In this document: positions 1 through 8,330 of the stretch, one piece after another
Layout: every line of letters starts with the position of its first letter
How positions within the stretch are numbered: the first letter of the stretch is position 1
Made by a program: the position numbers and the translations under genes
Source: a virus
Strand: one strand, 5' to 3'
Length of the DNA: 64,000 nt
IMG/VR virus record: IMGVR_UViG_3300024319_000003
Coordinates: 32,001-96,000 of that record
The notes under the pieces: generated by a model
The model's input: only the letters and a program-made list of their open reading frames with translations
Told to the model about the DNA's origin: nothing
The model's database searches: none

Positions 1-797
1 AAGATCAATTAAAAGAAGTTTGCCCATTGGCATTCGCAAAAGAAGCTACTAACCCTAAAGTTAGTGGTAAGTATCTATTCGTCAATACAGAAACAATTGT
101 TGATGACCTAGATAAATTAGGTTGGAAACCAGTCCAAGCTGCTCAAAGAAAAGGTAGAGGAGGTTCTACTATTTTCAGTAAGCATATGGTTGCATTTCAG
201 AACCCAGATATTATGATAAAAGGAGAAAACGGAGACGATTCTTTTCCTAGAATTATTATGACAAACTCTCACGACGGTATGCAAGCTTTTAAGTTTAGTG
301 TAGGTATTTATAGATTAGTTTGTTCAAACGGTTTAGTTGTCGCTGATGAAGAGTTTAGTGATTTCAAAATTAAACATAAAGGATATACCTTTGAAGAGCT
401 TAGAGGAGTAGTAAATCAAGCTGTAGAAGATTTACCTAATAAAGTTGAAGTTTTAAATCAAATGAAAAACAGAGTACTTTCAAAAGAAGAGAAAGATACT
501 TTAGCTTTACATGCTATGTTAATTAGAGCAGGAATTAAAATTGATTCCCCTCAAGCAAAGAAGTTTAACTACGATGATGAAACTATTGAAGATATCCTTG
601 ATCCTAAAAGAGATGAAGATAAGGGTGATGATTTATGGAGAGTCTTTAATGTTATTCAAGAGAAAATTACTCAAGGAGAGTTTAGTGCAGCTTTAAAAGG
701 TGCTAAAGTCCGTAAGGTAAGAAAGATTAAATCTTTTGAAAAAGAGTTAAAAGTAAATAAGCAGTTATTTCAACTAGCTACTGCACTAATAAATTAA
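1..797 (+). CDS. DUF932/DUF945-family protein (5' partial; frame open from window start)
   Basis: Motifs SKHMVAF, PRIIMTNSHDG, GIYRLVCSNGLV, DLWRVFNVIQE are typical of DUF932; no stop upstream of the TTG at 27. Confidence 0.85.
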   Translation, partial: DQLKEVCPLAFAKEATNPKVSGKYLFVNTETIVDDLDKLGWKPVQAAQRKGRGGSTIFSKHMVAFQNPDIMIKGENGDDSFPRIIMTNSHDGMQAFKFSVGIYRLVCSNGLVVADEEFSDFKIKHKGYTFEELRGVVNQAVEDLPNKVEVLNQMKNRVLSKEEKDTLALHAMLIRAGIKIDSPQAKKFNYDDETIEDILDPKRDEDKGDDLWRVFNVIQEKITQGEFSAALKGAKVRKVRKIKSFEKELKVNKQLFQLATALIN

Positions 798-815
798 TAA
801 CCAAAACTAATTAAA

Positions 816-1004
816 ATGACAGAATCATATTATTTTCCAGCGATTAAAGTAAATGCTAAGATAGCAGAAATAATCGACTCAGGACATCACATAGAAATTG
901 CAGGATATATCTATGAGAGGTTAACTAAAAAACCAAGAGGTAGATCAATAGCAAGAAAGCTTTTCAATACCAATACTAACGAGCGTTTTGTAATTTACGG
1001 GTAA
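816..1004 (+). CDS. hypothetical protein
   Basis: ATG ORF; its stop overlaps the next start. Confidence 0.65.
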   Translation: MTESYYFPAIKVNAKIAEIIDSGHHIEIAGYIYERLTKKPRGRSIARKLFNTNTNERFVIYG

Positions 1005-1360
1005 TGGTAGTAGTTAAGGATTTACTAATAGGAGCAGGATTATTCAGCATAGCTCACATACTTACATTTTACCAGCTTAATGGTCAGTTTTTAAAGTCTA
1101 CTGATTGGTTTAAAAACAATGTAACACTCGTAGCTGCAGCAGGAATAATCCTCTCCTTCTTCTACATTTGGGGAACGAAGTATACTGTTTCCGGAATGGA
1201 TGGATTATTATGGCCAGCACGGTTTATGGGGTTTGGAGTTGGTATGATCATATACGCTATATTAGTTAACTATCACTTTAATGAAGGCATAACTCCAAAG
1301 ACAGCAGTTAGTTTAGCGTTAGCGTTACTATTAATTTGTATACAGGTATTGTGGAAGTAG
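1004..1360 (+). CDS. 4-TM membrane protein, SMR/DMT-like
   Basis: Four hydrophobic segments, 118 aa, ...FNEGITPKT... before the last helix as in DMT-family proteins. Confidence 0.6.
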   Translation: MVVVKDLLIGAGLFSIAHILTFYQLNGQFLKSTDWFKNNVTLVAAAGIILSFFYIWGTKYTVSGMDGLLWPARFMGFGVGMIIYAILVNYHFNEGITPKTAVSLALALLLICIQVLWK

Positions 1361-1362
1361 AA

Positions 1363-1370
1363 TATTTATA
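1363..1370 (+). promoter_or_regulatory. putative late promoter TATTTATA
   Basis: Recurrent octamer, 12 nt before ATG 1383. Confidence 0.5.
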
Positions 1371-1382
1371 TAAAAGATAAGA

Positions 1383-1511
1383 ATGAAAAAATCAGAAATT
1401 ATAGCAAAGATTTTAGAACTTAAAGTCAAAAAAGGAGTTAGATCTATAGCAGAAAAGTTAAAGATACAAAAGCTTCAACAAAAATTAGAACAGTTTTATA
1501 ATAAAAAATGA
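1383..1511 (+). CDS. small basic protein (42 aa, MKKSEIIAKILELK...), not in ORF track
   Basis: ATG after TATTTATA; ATGA overlap with 1508. Confidence 0.6.
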   Translation: MKKSEIIAKILELKVKKGVRSIAEKLKIQKLQQKLEQFYNKK

Positions 1512-1699
1512 ATTATATATTAGCATATATAGGATTAGGACTGCTATGGGCAGGCTGGTTAGAGTGGTACTGTACAAGTTACTTAGAAGAACCATATAAT
1601 GTGGATTTCACTCTAAAAGAAAGAATATTTCACAGCTGCTTATGGCCAGTTTCACTTGGAGTCTTCATTTTTAATATAGGTAGAGACTGTTTAAAGTAG
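1508..1699 (+). CDS. small membrane protein
   Basis: Two hydrophobic segments, WP motif. Confidence 0.65.
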   Translation: MNYILAYIGLGLLWAGWLEWYCTSYLEEPYNVDFTLKERIFHSCLWPVSLGVFIFNIGRDCLK

Positions 1700-1750
1700 T
1701 TACTAACTTAAAGATTATTTAGTACTATACGTAAAAATAACTTAGTAAGT

Positions 1751-1783
1751 AGTTGGAGGCTATTGTTATATTTCATATATTTA
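1751..1783 (+). promoter_or_regulatory. early promoter, Bacteroidota -33/-7 type
   Basis: AGTTG-N20-TATATTTA followed by leader ending AAAGGTT-ATG. Confidence 0.8.
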
Positions 1784-1817
1784 GATATAAATGATTAGGT
1801 AATTAAAAATAAAGGTT

Positions 1818-2108
1818 ATGAAAACATTCAAAGACATTAAGTTTAAACAACATAAATTAGGTAAAGGTCACATTCAAGGACTACTTAAACTATCCAACGG
1901 TATTGAATTTTCAGTTGTAGCAGGTAAAGGTATGTACAGCACAGGAAAAGGTGGTGTTAGAGAAGCAATTGATAAAGTTGAAGATGCTTCTTCATTTGAG
2001 GTAGCTGTATTTGATCAAGATGGAAATTTTATTGGTGCCGATAATGACTTAGTTTTAGGATGGCAATCAAGAGAAGATATTGATAAATTAATTCAAATTC
2101 ACTCATAA
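1818..2108 (+). CDS. hypothetical early protein
   Basis: ORF directly behind early cassette. Confidence 0.8.
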   Translation: MKTFKDIKFKQHKLGKGHIQGLLKLSNGIEFSVVAGKGMYSTGKGGVREAIDKVEDASSFEVAVFDQDGNFIGADNDLVLGWQSREDIDKLIQIHS

Positions 2109-2109
2109 G

Positions 2110-2349
2110 ATGGATAAGGAAAACAAAAGGTACGTAGTGCAAATGGAAATGTACGTTTATGCTGATAATGATTATATGGCTAAGAAACGAGCTAATGATT
2201 TAAGATTATCATTAGAGAACAGACGACATTCTCAAGATGTAACTGTTAAAGAGATAGGTGAGCAACCATTTGCTAGTTTTGATTATCGTAAGTTAGATGA
2301 TCCTACCTTTACACCTAAGGATAAGTCTGAAGCACCTCTACCCTTTTAA
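2110..2349 (+). CDS. hypothetical protein
   Basis: Tightly packed ATG ORF. Confidence 0.75.
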   Translation: MDKENKRYVVQMEMYVYADNDYMAKKRANDLRLSLENRRHSQDVTVKEIGEQPFASFDYRKLDDPTFTPKDKSEAPLPF

Positions 2350-2350
2350 A

Positions 2351-2383
2351 AGTTGGTTCTTACAATTATTTTTCGTATATTAA
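2351..2383 (+). promoter_or_regulatory. early promoter
   Basis: AGTTG-N20-TATATTAA. Confidence 0.8.
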
Positions 2384-2409
2384 GGTATATTAATAAAGCA
2401 ATAAAAGTT

Positions 2410-2640
2410 ATGTTTAGAATAGATTTAGATAGAGAAATGGCCTGGGTTACTTTCCTAGGAGATGGATTTGAAAAGATATGGCACCCAGTAACAGATGCTT
2501 CCGGAAAGCAGTTAATGTGGTCAGAAGATATTATGGATTTTTGTAGAGCTCAATTTAATGTAAAGGAATGTTGGGTTTCTTTCGGAATTGCTCCTACTAG
2601 TCAGATGATAGTACAAAATTCAGTAAGAGATAACATGTAA
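2410..2640 (+). CDS. hypothetical early protein (start corrected from 2353)
   Basis: The track's TTG start lies in the promoter; ATG 2410 follows the AAAAGTT leader. Confidence 0.75.
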   Translation: MFRIDLDREMAWVTFLGDGFEKIWHPVTDASGKQLMWSEDIMDFCRAQFNVKECWVSFGIAPTSQMIVQNSVRDNM

Positions 2641-2643
2641 TAT

Positions 2644-2676
2644 AGTTGCTAGTTACAATTATTTTTCTTATATTTA
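2644..2676 (+). promoter_or_regulatory. early promoter
   Basis: AGTTG-N20-TATATTTA. Confidence 0.8.
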
Positions 2677-2718
2677 GATATAAAGTTAGGAAGTTAATTA
2701 TTAATTAAAATAAAGGTT

Positions 2719-3498
2719 ATGACAAAAATTGAAATCATTGAAGAGATTATCGTTAAAAAGCAAGAGGAATTAAAAAAAGCTAATGCTATTGGTAAGAAGC
2801 TAGAACAAGCTAAAGTAGATGTTATGTTCGACGTAATGGAGAAATACTTTGGAGGAGAGTTTACTCTAGACGATGTCTATATTAAGAAGCCAACAGGTGG
2901 GTACTCTGGTACTACTTATGAAGTTAAGAGACCTAACAAAGAGTATAAATACGATAAGGAGTTAATGACTATTAGGTTTAATGAGGATTGGAGAACTAAC
3001 GAGATAGATAGTATAAATACTAGTCTTTACTCTACTACAGATAACTCTCAATGGGAATTAGAACGAATCTTTACTAATGGTGAAATAGCTAAAGTATTAT
3101 TAGATCACGGAGATGATATATTAGCTGAAATGAATGTTGTTAGATTGACTAACAAAAAGGAGATTGATGCTGCTAGAACTGAGATTTATAAAATAGAGGT
3201 TTCTATTACTAACTTAAAGTCTGAGATTAATACTATATATCTTGATGAGGCTACTGAGAAGCTTGAAGGTGAAGGACTAGTATTTGGAGAAGGTAAGAAA
3301 GGTGCTATAGATATTAAATGGGACTGGACTATAAGAAGTATTAACTCTGCTAAGATACTAAGTAAAACTGCTTCAGGTAAGTCTTGTAATATAGAGATTC
3401 AAGCTTATGATTATGAACCAGTAGTATACGAAAAGGTTCGTATGAGTAATGTAGAAGCATTACTATGGCAATATAGAAACTATGCAATTAACGCATAA
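2719..3498 (+). CDS. hypothetical coiled-coil early protein
   Basis: 259-aa ORF after AAAGGTT leader. Confidence 0.8.
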   Translation: MTKIEIIEEIIVKKQEELKKANAIGKKLEQAKVDVMFDVMEKYFGGEFTLDDVYIKKPTGGYSGTTYEVKRPNKEYKYDKELMTIRFNEDWRTNEIDSINTSLYSTTDNSQWELERIFTNGEIAKVLLDHGDDILAEMNVVRLTNKKEIDAARTEIYKIEVSITNLKSEINTIYLDEATEKLEGEGLVFGEGKKGAIDIKWDWTIRSINSAKILSKTASGKSCNIEIQAYDYEPVVYEKVRMSNVEALLWQYRNYAINA

Positions 3499-3508
3499 TG
3501 AAGAAGGA

Positions 3509-3582
3509 GGATCAGTAGCTCAGCTGGATAGAGCATCGCCCTTCTAAGGCGACGGTCGTAGGTTCGAATCCTACCTGGTTCA
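3509..3582 (+). tRNA. tRNA-Arg(TCT)
   Basis: Cloverleaf: acceptor GGATCAG/CTGGTTC, D-arm TAGCTCAGCTGGATAGAGC, anticodon arm TCGCC-CTTCTAA-GGCGA, T-loop GGTTCGAATCC; no encoded CCA. Confidence 0.95.
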
Positions 3583-3585
3583 CAA

Positions 3586-3690
3586 TGTAGGGGAGAAAAA
3601 CGTAAAATCCTAAAGTGTAATCGACGGATTGCACGAAGCTTTAGGTTGGGACTCTGAGTGTGAAAGCCGGCTAAAGAGTGAAGCCCCTCA
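3586..3690 (+). ncRNA. candidate structured ncRNA between two tRNAs
   Basis: Closing AGGGG/CCCCT; stacked CCTAAA/TTTAGG + GTGTAATC-gacg-GATTGCAC; ACTCT/AGAGT; higher GC than flanks; no ORF. Confidence 0.5.
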
Positions 3691-3698
3691 AATATTTT

Positions 3699-3772
3699 GG
3701 ACTTTTAGCTCAGTTGGTTAGAGCACCGCACTCATAATGCGTAGGTCGATGGTTCGAGTCCATCAAGGTCCA
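3699..3772 (+). tRNA. tRNA with CAT anticodon, probably tRNA-Ile2 (lysidine, reads ATA) rather than Met
   Basis: Acceptor GGACTTT/AAGGTCC, loop CTCATAA, GGTTCGAGTCC; body resembles bacterial Ile2 tRNAs; paired first position argues against initiator. Confidence 0.9.
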
Positions 3773-3781
3773 CCGGGAAAA

Positions 3782-3814
3782 AGTTGCTAGTCTGCAGTTT
3801 TTTTCTTATATTTA
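3782..3814 (+). promoter_or_regulatory. early promoter
   Basis: AGTTG-N20-TATATTTA. Confidence 0.8.
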
Positions 3815-3823
3815 GATATAAAG

Positions 3824-4306
3824 ATGAGAGAAATGAATGTTTGGTATTTACACGGTTTAGAGAGTGAGCAAGGAGGCCCTAAAGTAGACTTTTTATATAA
3901 TAAAGCTACTAGAGTTTATGCTCCTAAAATGGATTATAATCATCCTGAGATGTTCAGTAGTCTACTTAAAATGGCTAAGCACAACAAACCAGACTTGATT
4001 ATAGGTTCTTCTATGGGAGGATACTTTGCTGATGCATTAGGTAGTCATCTTGATGTAGAAGTTTTGCTTTTTAATCCTGCTCTTCATAGTAGAATATTTG
4101 AACCAGAAGGCGTTAGTTACGGTGAAAGTAATTGGAAAAGAAATATCGTTGTTGGATCTGAAGATAAAGTTATTCCTCCTGCAATGACTAAAGTGCTTAA
4201 AGGAATAGTTCATACATGGACTGAGATAAAAGGAATGGGGCATAGAACCTCGTTAAATGTTTTTAAAGATATTTATAATAAATTGATATTAAATGAAACT
4301 ATTTAA
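3824..4306 (+). CDS. alpha/beta-hydrolase (YqiA/YcfP-like esterase)
   Basis: YLHG oxyanion motif, GSSMGG nucleophile, FNPAL, GSED and GMGH completing a Ser-Asp-His triad. Confidence 0.85.
   Translation: MREMNVWYLHGLESEQGGPKVDFLYNKATRVYAPKMDYNHPEMFSSLLKMAKHNKPDLIIGSSMGGYFADALGSHLDVEVLLFNPALHSRIFEPEGVSYGESNWKRNIVVGSEDKVIPPAMTKVLKGIVHTWTEIKGMGHRTSLNVFKDIYNKLILNETI
4270..4277 (+). promoter_or_regulatory. putative late promoter TATTTATA
   Basis: 15 nt upstream of ATG 4293. Confidence 0.55.
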
Positions 4307-4829
4307 AATAATAAGCGAGCTATCTGCTTTCAAAAAAAATACCTGGAGGCCATTAACTGCTCCAGAACTAGCACAATCGAAAGAAGAGCTATACGATTTA
4401 ATTAATAATGCTTATGCACCAATAGGTGGACATCCAAACTTAAAAGGACCAGATGATATTCCCAATATAGGGGATACGTTATCTGTTATCGATGTGGATG
4501 CTGATCCAGAAGCAGATGCAGTAGCTGTTACTAAAAATAGAACAGGCGGAACAAAGCACGTAGCAATGGGACATGATGGAGGTAAATCAGCTAAGTCTTC
4601 TGTAGTTAATAAGACAGCTGATGATTTAAAAAAACAAGGTCACTATATAGAGGTTTCCGGAAAAATACTAGATATACTAAAAGCAAAAGGAGTAGAGATA
4701 GTTGATGATGAAGAAATGGTAACTAGCGTACTCAAAGGTAAAAGCATAGTTTGGCACTATGATGGGACATACACCAGAATAATAGGTGGACAGAAACATC
4801 GAAAAGTGCTAATGGGGAAGCCTAAATAA
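4293..4829 (+). CDS. conserved-looking phage protein, putative head-internal cargo (possibly GNAT-like)
   Basis: N-terminus MKLFKIISE; own late-type promoter; AYAPIGG, HDG, YIEVSG motifs. Confidence 0.55.
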   Translation: MKLFKIISELSAFKKNTWRPLTAPELAQSKEELYDLINNAYAPIGGHPNLKGPDDIPNIGDTLSVIDVDADPEADAVAVTKNRTGGTKHVAMGHDGGKSAKSSVVNKTADDLKKQGHYIEVSGKILDILKAKGVEIVDDEEMVTSVLKGKSIVWHYDGTYTRIIGGQKHRKVLMGKPK

Positions 4830-4850
4830 ACCTAAAATAACCAACATAAT

Positions 4851-4883
4851 GGTTGGTTCGTATGTAAATATTTCGTATATTTA
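4851..4883 (+). promoter_or_regulatory. early promoter
   Basis: GGTTG-N20-TATATTTA; downstream ~50 bp nearly identical to 1771-1820. Confidence 0.8.
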
Positions 4884-4916
4884 GATATAAATGATTAGGT
4901 AATTAAAATAAAGGTT

Positions 4917-5657
4917 ATGACAAATGTAAAGACAGTAAAAATGGAGGATCTAAAGTTTGATTCTCAACTATTCCGTCCTATGAAATCTGGACGAGTTATT
5001 GATGCTCACTTCTCTTCTGAAGGAGGGCTTATGAAAGGTACTAATTACGCTATTGTAGGAGATCCAGGAATTGGTAAGACTACGGTAATGTTAGATATGT
5101 TAGCAGACTTAAAAACGAAAGGTCAAAAAGTATTATTTATATCTGGTGAGATGAATCAGATAGATATGTACGGATACGTTAAGCGTTACCCTAAGTTTGG
5201 TAGTTTAGATATTCTATTCATGGGAGACTACTGCGAAGAAAATTGCTTAGATGTAATCAAGAATGTTTTATCAGAAGGATACGATACTGTACTAATTGAT
5301 TCTATGGCAGAGATAGTTAATGGAGTTGTGGATACTGCTAAAGGTTACTACTCTTCAAAGAAAGCTGAGACTGATATCTTAAACTTATTTGAAACTCATA
5401 ATATGGGAGACAATGATTCTAAGATTAATACTTCATTCTTAGTTATTCAACAAGTTACTAAGCAAGGAGAGTTTGCTGGTAGTAATCGATTCAAGCATAT
5501 GATGACTGGAATGGCTCATATGAAATGGACTAAGGAAGGTGATCGAATGTTTTACTTAAGTAAGAATCGTCGAGGAGGAGATATGTCAAAACGTATGTTT
5601 AACCTTAGCACTCATAACCGTATTGGATGGATGGGTACTTATGTTGACCAGGATTAA
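4917..5657 (+). CDS. RadA/Sms-like RecA-superfamily ATPase (ATPase domain only)
   Basis: Walker A GDPGIGKT, VLFISGEM, Walker B VLIDS, QVTKQGEFAGS, KNRRG. Confidence 0.85.
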   Translation: MTNVKTVKMEDLKFDSQLFRPMKSGRVIDAHFSSEGGLMKGTNYAIVGDPGIGKTTVMLDMLADLKTKGQKVLFISGEMNQIDMYGYVKRYPKFGSLDILFMGDYCEENCLDVIKNVLSEGYDTVLIDSMAEIVNGVVDTAKGYYSSKKAETDILNLFETHNMGDNDSKINTSFLVIQQVTKQGEFAGSNRFKHMMTGMAHMKWTKEGDRMFYLSKNRRGGDMSKRMFNLSTHNRIGWMGTYVDQD

Positions 5658-5660
5658 TAA

Positions 5661-5981
5661 ATGAGCAAAACGTATACTATCCCTAGAACTAATGTAGGCA
5701 AAGGAGGATTTTTTCATATAGGAGGTAAAAGGTATCATGGGCCTACTTGGATTGAAGTAGAAGAGGATACAACTTTTGACGATATAAAGTTTGAAGAAAA
5801 ACCTTTTGCCGAGCTATTTAAAGAGGAAGATAAGCAATGGAAGTTTACCTCCGCAAGATCCGGCGAAGAATATATAGTAAGGTATAATATAAGAAAAGAG
5901 CTTAGCTGCAGTTGCTGGGGGTATATAGCTCATAAGAAGTGCAAACATATTAAACAAGTAAAAGAAGAAATAAATGATTGA
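5661..5981 (+). CDS. SWIM zinc-finger protein
   Basis: CSC-x8-CKH motif. Confidence 0.75.
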   Translation: MSKTYTIPRTNVGKGGFFHIGGKRYHGPTWIEVEEDTTFDDIKFEEKPFAELFKEEDKQWKFTSARSGEEYIVRYNIRKELSCSCWGYIAHKKCKHIKQVKEEIND

Positions 5982-6135
5982 AGTAATAAAGCATACATTA
6001 GGAATCTGTGGAGAGCACTGGCACCCAAACGTCATAACCTTGTTAGCCGGCTCTCCATTGATCCTAACTACTTACCACTACATAAAGAGTTGCTGCGGAG
6101 GATGGTTCAAGCATAAGAAAAACTGCAAGAAATAG
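5974..6135 (+). CDS. small Cys/His-rich protein (53 aa, MIEVIKHTLGICGEHWHP...), not in track
   Basis: Fills the gap between 5981 and the next promoter; stop TAG overlaps AGTTG. Confidence 0.6.
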   Translation: MIEVIKHTLGICGEHWHPNVITLLAGSPLILTTYHYIKSCCGGWFKHKKNCKK

Positions 6136-6166
6136 TTGTCTAGGAACTTAATTATTCGTATATTAA
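6134..6166 (+). promoter_or_regulatory. early promoter
   Basis: AGTTG-N20-TATATTAA. Confidence 0.8.
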
Positions 6167-6192
6167 GGTATAATAAGAAAGCAATAAAGGTT

Positions 6193-6582
6193 ATGACATT
6201 ACAGCAAGTTCAAAAAATTATTAAAGAGATTTATCCCAAGATTGAAAAGCATTATGGTTTTTCTAAATTCCTTCCGGAAGAGACTCCTTACGTTGAAACT
6301 CATTACAATATCTATGCTAGACATAGTGGAGAGCCGGAAGCGGAAGGTGAAGAGGATGGATGTCAAGCTGAGTATGATAGAACTGATAACAGTATTGTAA
6401 TATACTGGCCTAACATGAAAAGCAGAAAACATATCATCGAGACTTTAGTTCATGAATATCAGCATTACTTGCAATCTCCATCATGGTTTAAACGTTACTA
6501 TAACATGGGGTATAACTATAATGATCATCCGTATGAAGTTGCAGCATATGCAGAAGAAATTAACTGGAAACTTTTTAACTAA
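6193..6582 (+). CDS. zincin-like metallopeptidase (start corrected from 6136)
   Basis: TLVHEYQHYLQ (HEXXH) and downstream PYEVAA Glu. Confidence 0.75.
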   Translation: MTLQQVQKIIKEIYPKIEKHYGFSKFLPEETPYVETHYNIYARHSGEPEAEGEEDGCQAEYDRTDNSIVIYWPNMKSRKHIIETLVHEYQHYLQSPSWFKRYYNMGYNYNDHPYEVAAYAEEINWKLFN

Positions 6583-6584
6583 AT

Positions 6585-6617
6585 AGTTGCCTAGGAACTT
6601 AATTCTTCTTATATTTA
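6585..6617 (+). promoter_or_regulatory. early promoter
   Basis: AGTTG-N20-TATATTTA; cassette closely matches 2644-2725. Confidence 0.8.
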
Positions 6618-6661
6618 GATATAGAGTTAGGAAGTTAATATTAATTAAATAAATAAAGGTT

Positions 6662-7180
6662 ATGACAAACAAAATTTTAGATTACAGCTACGCATCAAAT
6701 GAAATAAGAGGATACAAAAATTCTCAAATTGCTAAAAACGAAACAAACGATTGTTTTGTAAGAGCGGTAGCTTCTGCTACTGGTTCGAATTATGACAATG
6801 CTCATGAATTTGTTAAGACTAATTTTCATAGAGAAAATAAAAAAGGTACTCAATTTACTTCTGTCATTATGATGAAATTAGAAGACGAAGGATTTAATTT
6901 AGAAGGTAAAAACTTTAACGTAGAAGTTCTTTCTACTAAAAAGATTACTAATCAGTATAAACTTAAAGGAGAGGTTATTAATAGAAAGAAGACAGTTAAG
7001 TCTTTTATGCAAACTTACCCTAAAGGTACTTATATAGTTGGAGTAAGCAATCATGCTTTTACAGTTCAAGATGGCTTACTAATTGATAACGCAGGAGAAG
7101 AATTTAGACCTACTAGAAAGGTAGATTCAGCTTTTAAAATTACTCCTGAGTTTACTACTAACCAATTAAGTTTATTTTAA
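6662..7180 (+). CDS. hypothetical protein, possible papain-like Cys-His-Asp enzyme
   Basis: NDCFVRAVA ... HAFTVQDG..ID. Confidence 0.55.
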   Translation: MTNKILDYSYASNEIRGYKNSQIAKNETNDCFVRAVASATGSNYDNAHEFVKTNFHRENKKGTQFTSVIMMKLEDEGFNLEGKNFNVEVLSTKKITNQYKLKGEVINRKKTVKSFMQTYPKGTYIVGVSNHAFTVQDGLLIDNAGEEFRPTRKVDSAFKITPEFTTNQLSLF

Positions 7181-7181
7181 G

Positions 7182-7385
7182 ATGACAAGAAATTTAAGAA
7201 CAGAAGGGTTTATGAAAGGCATCCGAATAATTAATAGCTGTGTTAAGATAGAGCATTTTAATGCAGCTGCTAATTACATTAAGAACTACGCTACTATGTT
7301 TGGAGATGAAACCTTCGGAAGCGAGTACGCTCGATTATTAACATCTCAACTGAGAGATAGAAAAGAATATTTAGGGAATGCATAG
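7182..7385 (+). CDS. hypothetical protein
   Basis: Operon-like packing. Confidence 0.65.
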   Translation: MTRNLRTEGFMKGIRIINSCVKIEHFNAAANYIKNYATMFGDETFGSEYARLLTSQLRDRKEYLGNA

Positions 7386-7572
7386 AAAAAATATGATAAA
7401 GTACATTGTTACTCTTACCGACGTAGGTACTGGAGCAACTAGTGAATTAGATATTACTACTGATAACTTAGAATGGAGCATGGAGCAATATCAACGTAAT
7501 AGAGATCCATTTACATGGGATGTTATTGCGCAAGATACGGAATTAGAGGAACGTAATGAAATGTCTGAATAA
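7378..7572 (+). CDS. hypothetical protein
   Basis: Operon-like packing. Confidence 0.65.
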   Translation: MHRKNMIKYIVTLTDVGTGATSELDITTDNLEWSMEQYQRNRDPFTWDVIAQDTELEERNEMSE

Positions 7573-7781
7573 TGGCAGCAAGACCAAAACCAACAATAGC
7601 TGTAGCCTATAAGAAGACTAAAGGGCGAAAAGTATATGTAAAGGTATTCACAGACTTAGCTTGTGTAGATCCTATTATAGAGATTAAAAGTAAGCTACTT
7701 CCTCCTAACACAGATATATTAGAGATAGGTGTTGGTAAAGATTATGCTGAAATTTATAAGAAAAAATATAAAGTAAAATGA
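7572..7781 (+). CDS. hypothetical basic protein
   Basis: TAATG coupling. Confidence 0.7.
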   Translation: MAARPKPTIAVAYKKTKGRKVYVKVFTDLACVDPIIEIKSKLLPPNTDILEIGVGKDYAEIYKKKYKVK

Positions 7782-8179
7782 AATACATTACACAACACCC
7801 TATAAAGAAATCTGATTTAGGATTTCACGGAAACTTATTCGGCGGTAAGCTATTAGCATGGTTAGACGCAGCAGCAGCATCATTCGCTTGTGAGTTTTGT
7901 GATACTCCAAGAATGGTAACTAAAGCAATTGATAAATGTATATTCAATAAACCAGCTAAAGAAGGTCAACTACTAAAGATATATGGTGAAGTTGTATCCG
8001 TAGGAGGTTCATCAATAACATTAAAATTGGAAGCTCGCTCTCATAATGTCTATAATGGTAAACAGAATCTAATTTTAAAAACGAATATAACATTCGTAAG
8101 GATAGATGAGATGGGAGATGCAATACCTATTTCAAGTAGAGTTAAAGGGAAGCTACCAAATAATAAAATACTAGACTAA
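7778..8179 (+). CDS. acyl-CoA thioesterase (YciA-like hotdog fold)
   Basis: DLGFHGNLFGGKLLAWLD, MVT, FNKPA, VGGSSI, ITFVRID. Confidence 0.88.
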   Translation: MKYITQHPIKKSDLGFHGNLFGGKLLAWLDAAAASFACEFCDTPRMVTKAIDKCIFNKPAKEGQLLKIYGEVVSVGGSSITLKLEARSHNVYNGKQNLILKTNITFVRIDEMGDAIPISSRVKGKLPNNKILD

Positions 8180-8180
8180 C

Positions 8181-8330
8181 ATGGAAAATAAAAAGAAACA
8201 GAAGTTTGAGTACCAAGGAAGAACTCTTCGTCAAGTAGAGAATTCATATAAGATTATGGAATGGACCTTCCTATCAGCTATAGCATTAGGAGTCCTTTAT
8301 TCAATAGGTAAAGCATTATCAATATGGTAG
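8181..8330 (+). CDS. small membrane protein (49 aa), not in track
   Basis: MENKKKQKFEYQGR...WTFLSAIALGVLYSIG; fills gap. Confidence 0.6.
   Translation: MENKKKQKFEYQGRTLRQVENSYKIMEWTFLSAIALGVLYSIGKALSIW

Noticed and set aside
3586-3690. Theta/HDV-like or hammerhead ribozyme after tRNA-Arg
   Set aside because: Could not thread the HDV double pseudoknot; CTGAGTG-TGAAA lacks the CUGANGA core and stem II; kept only as an unassigned ncRNA
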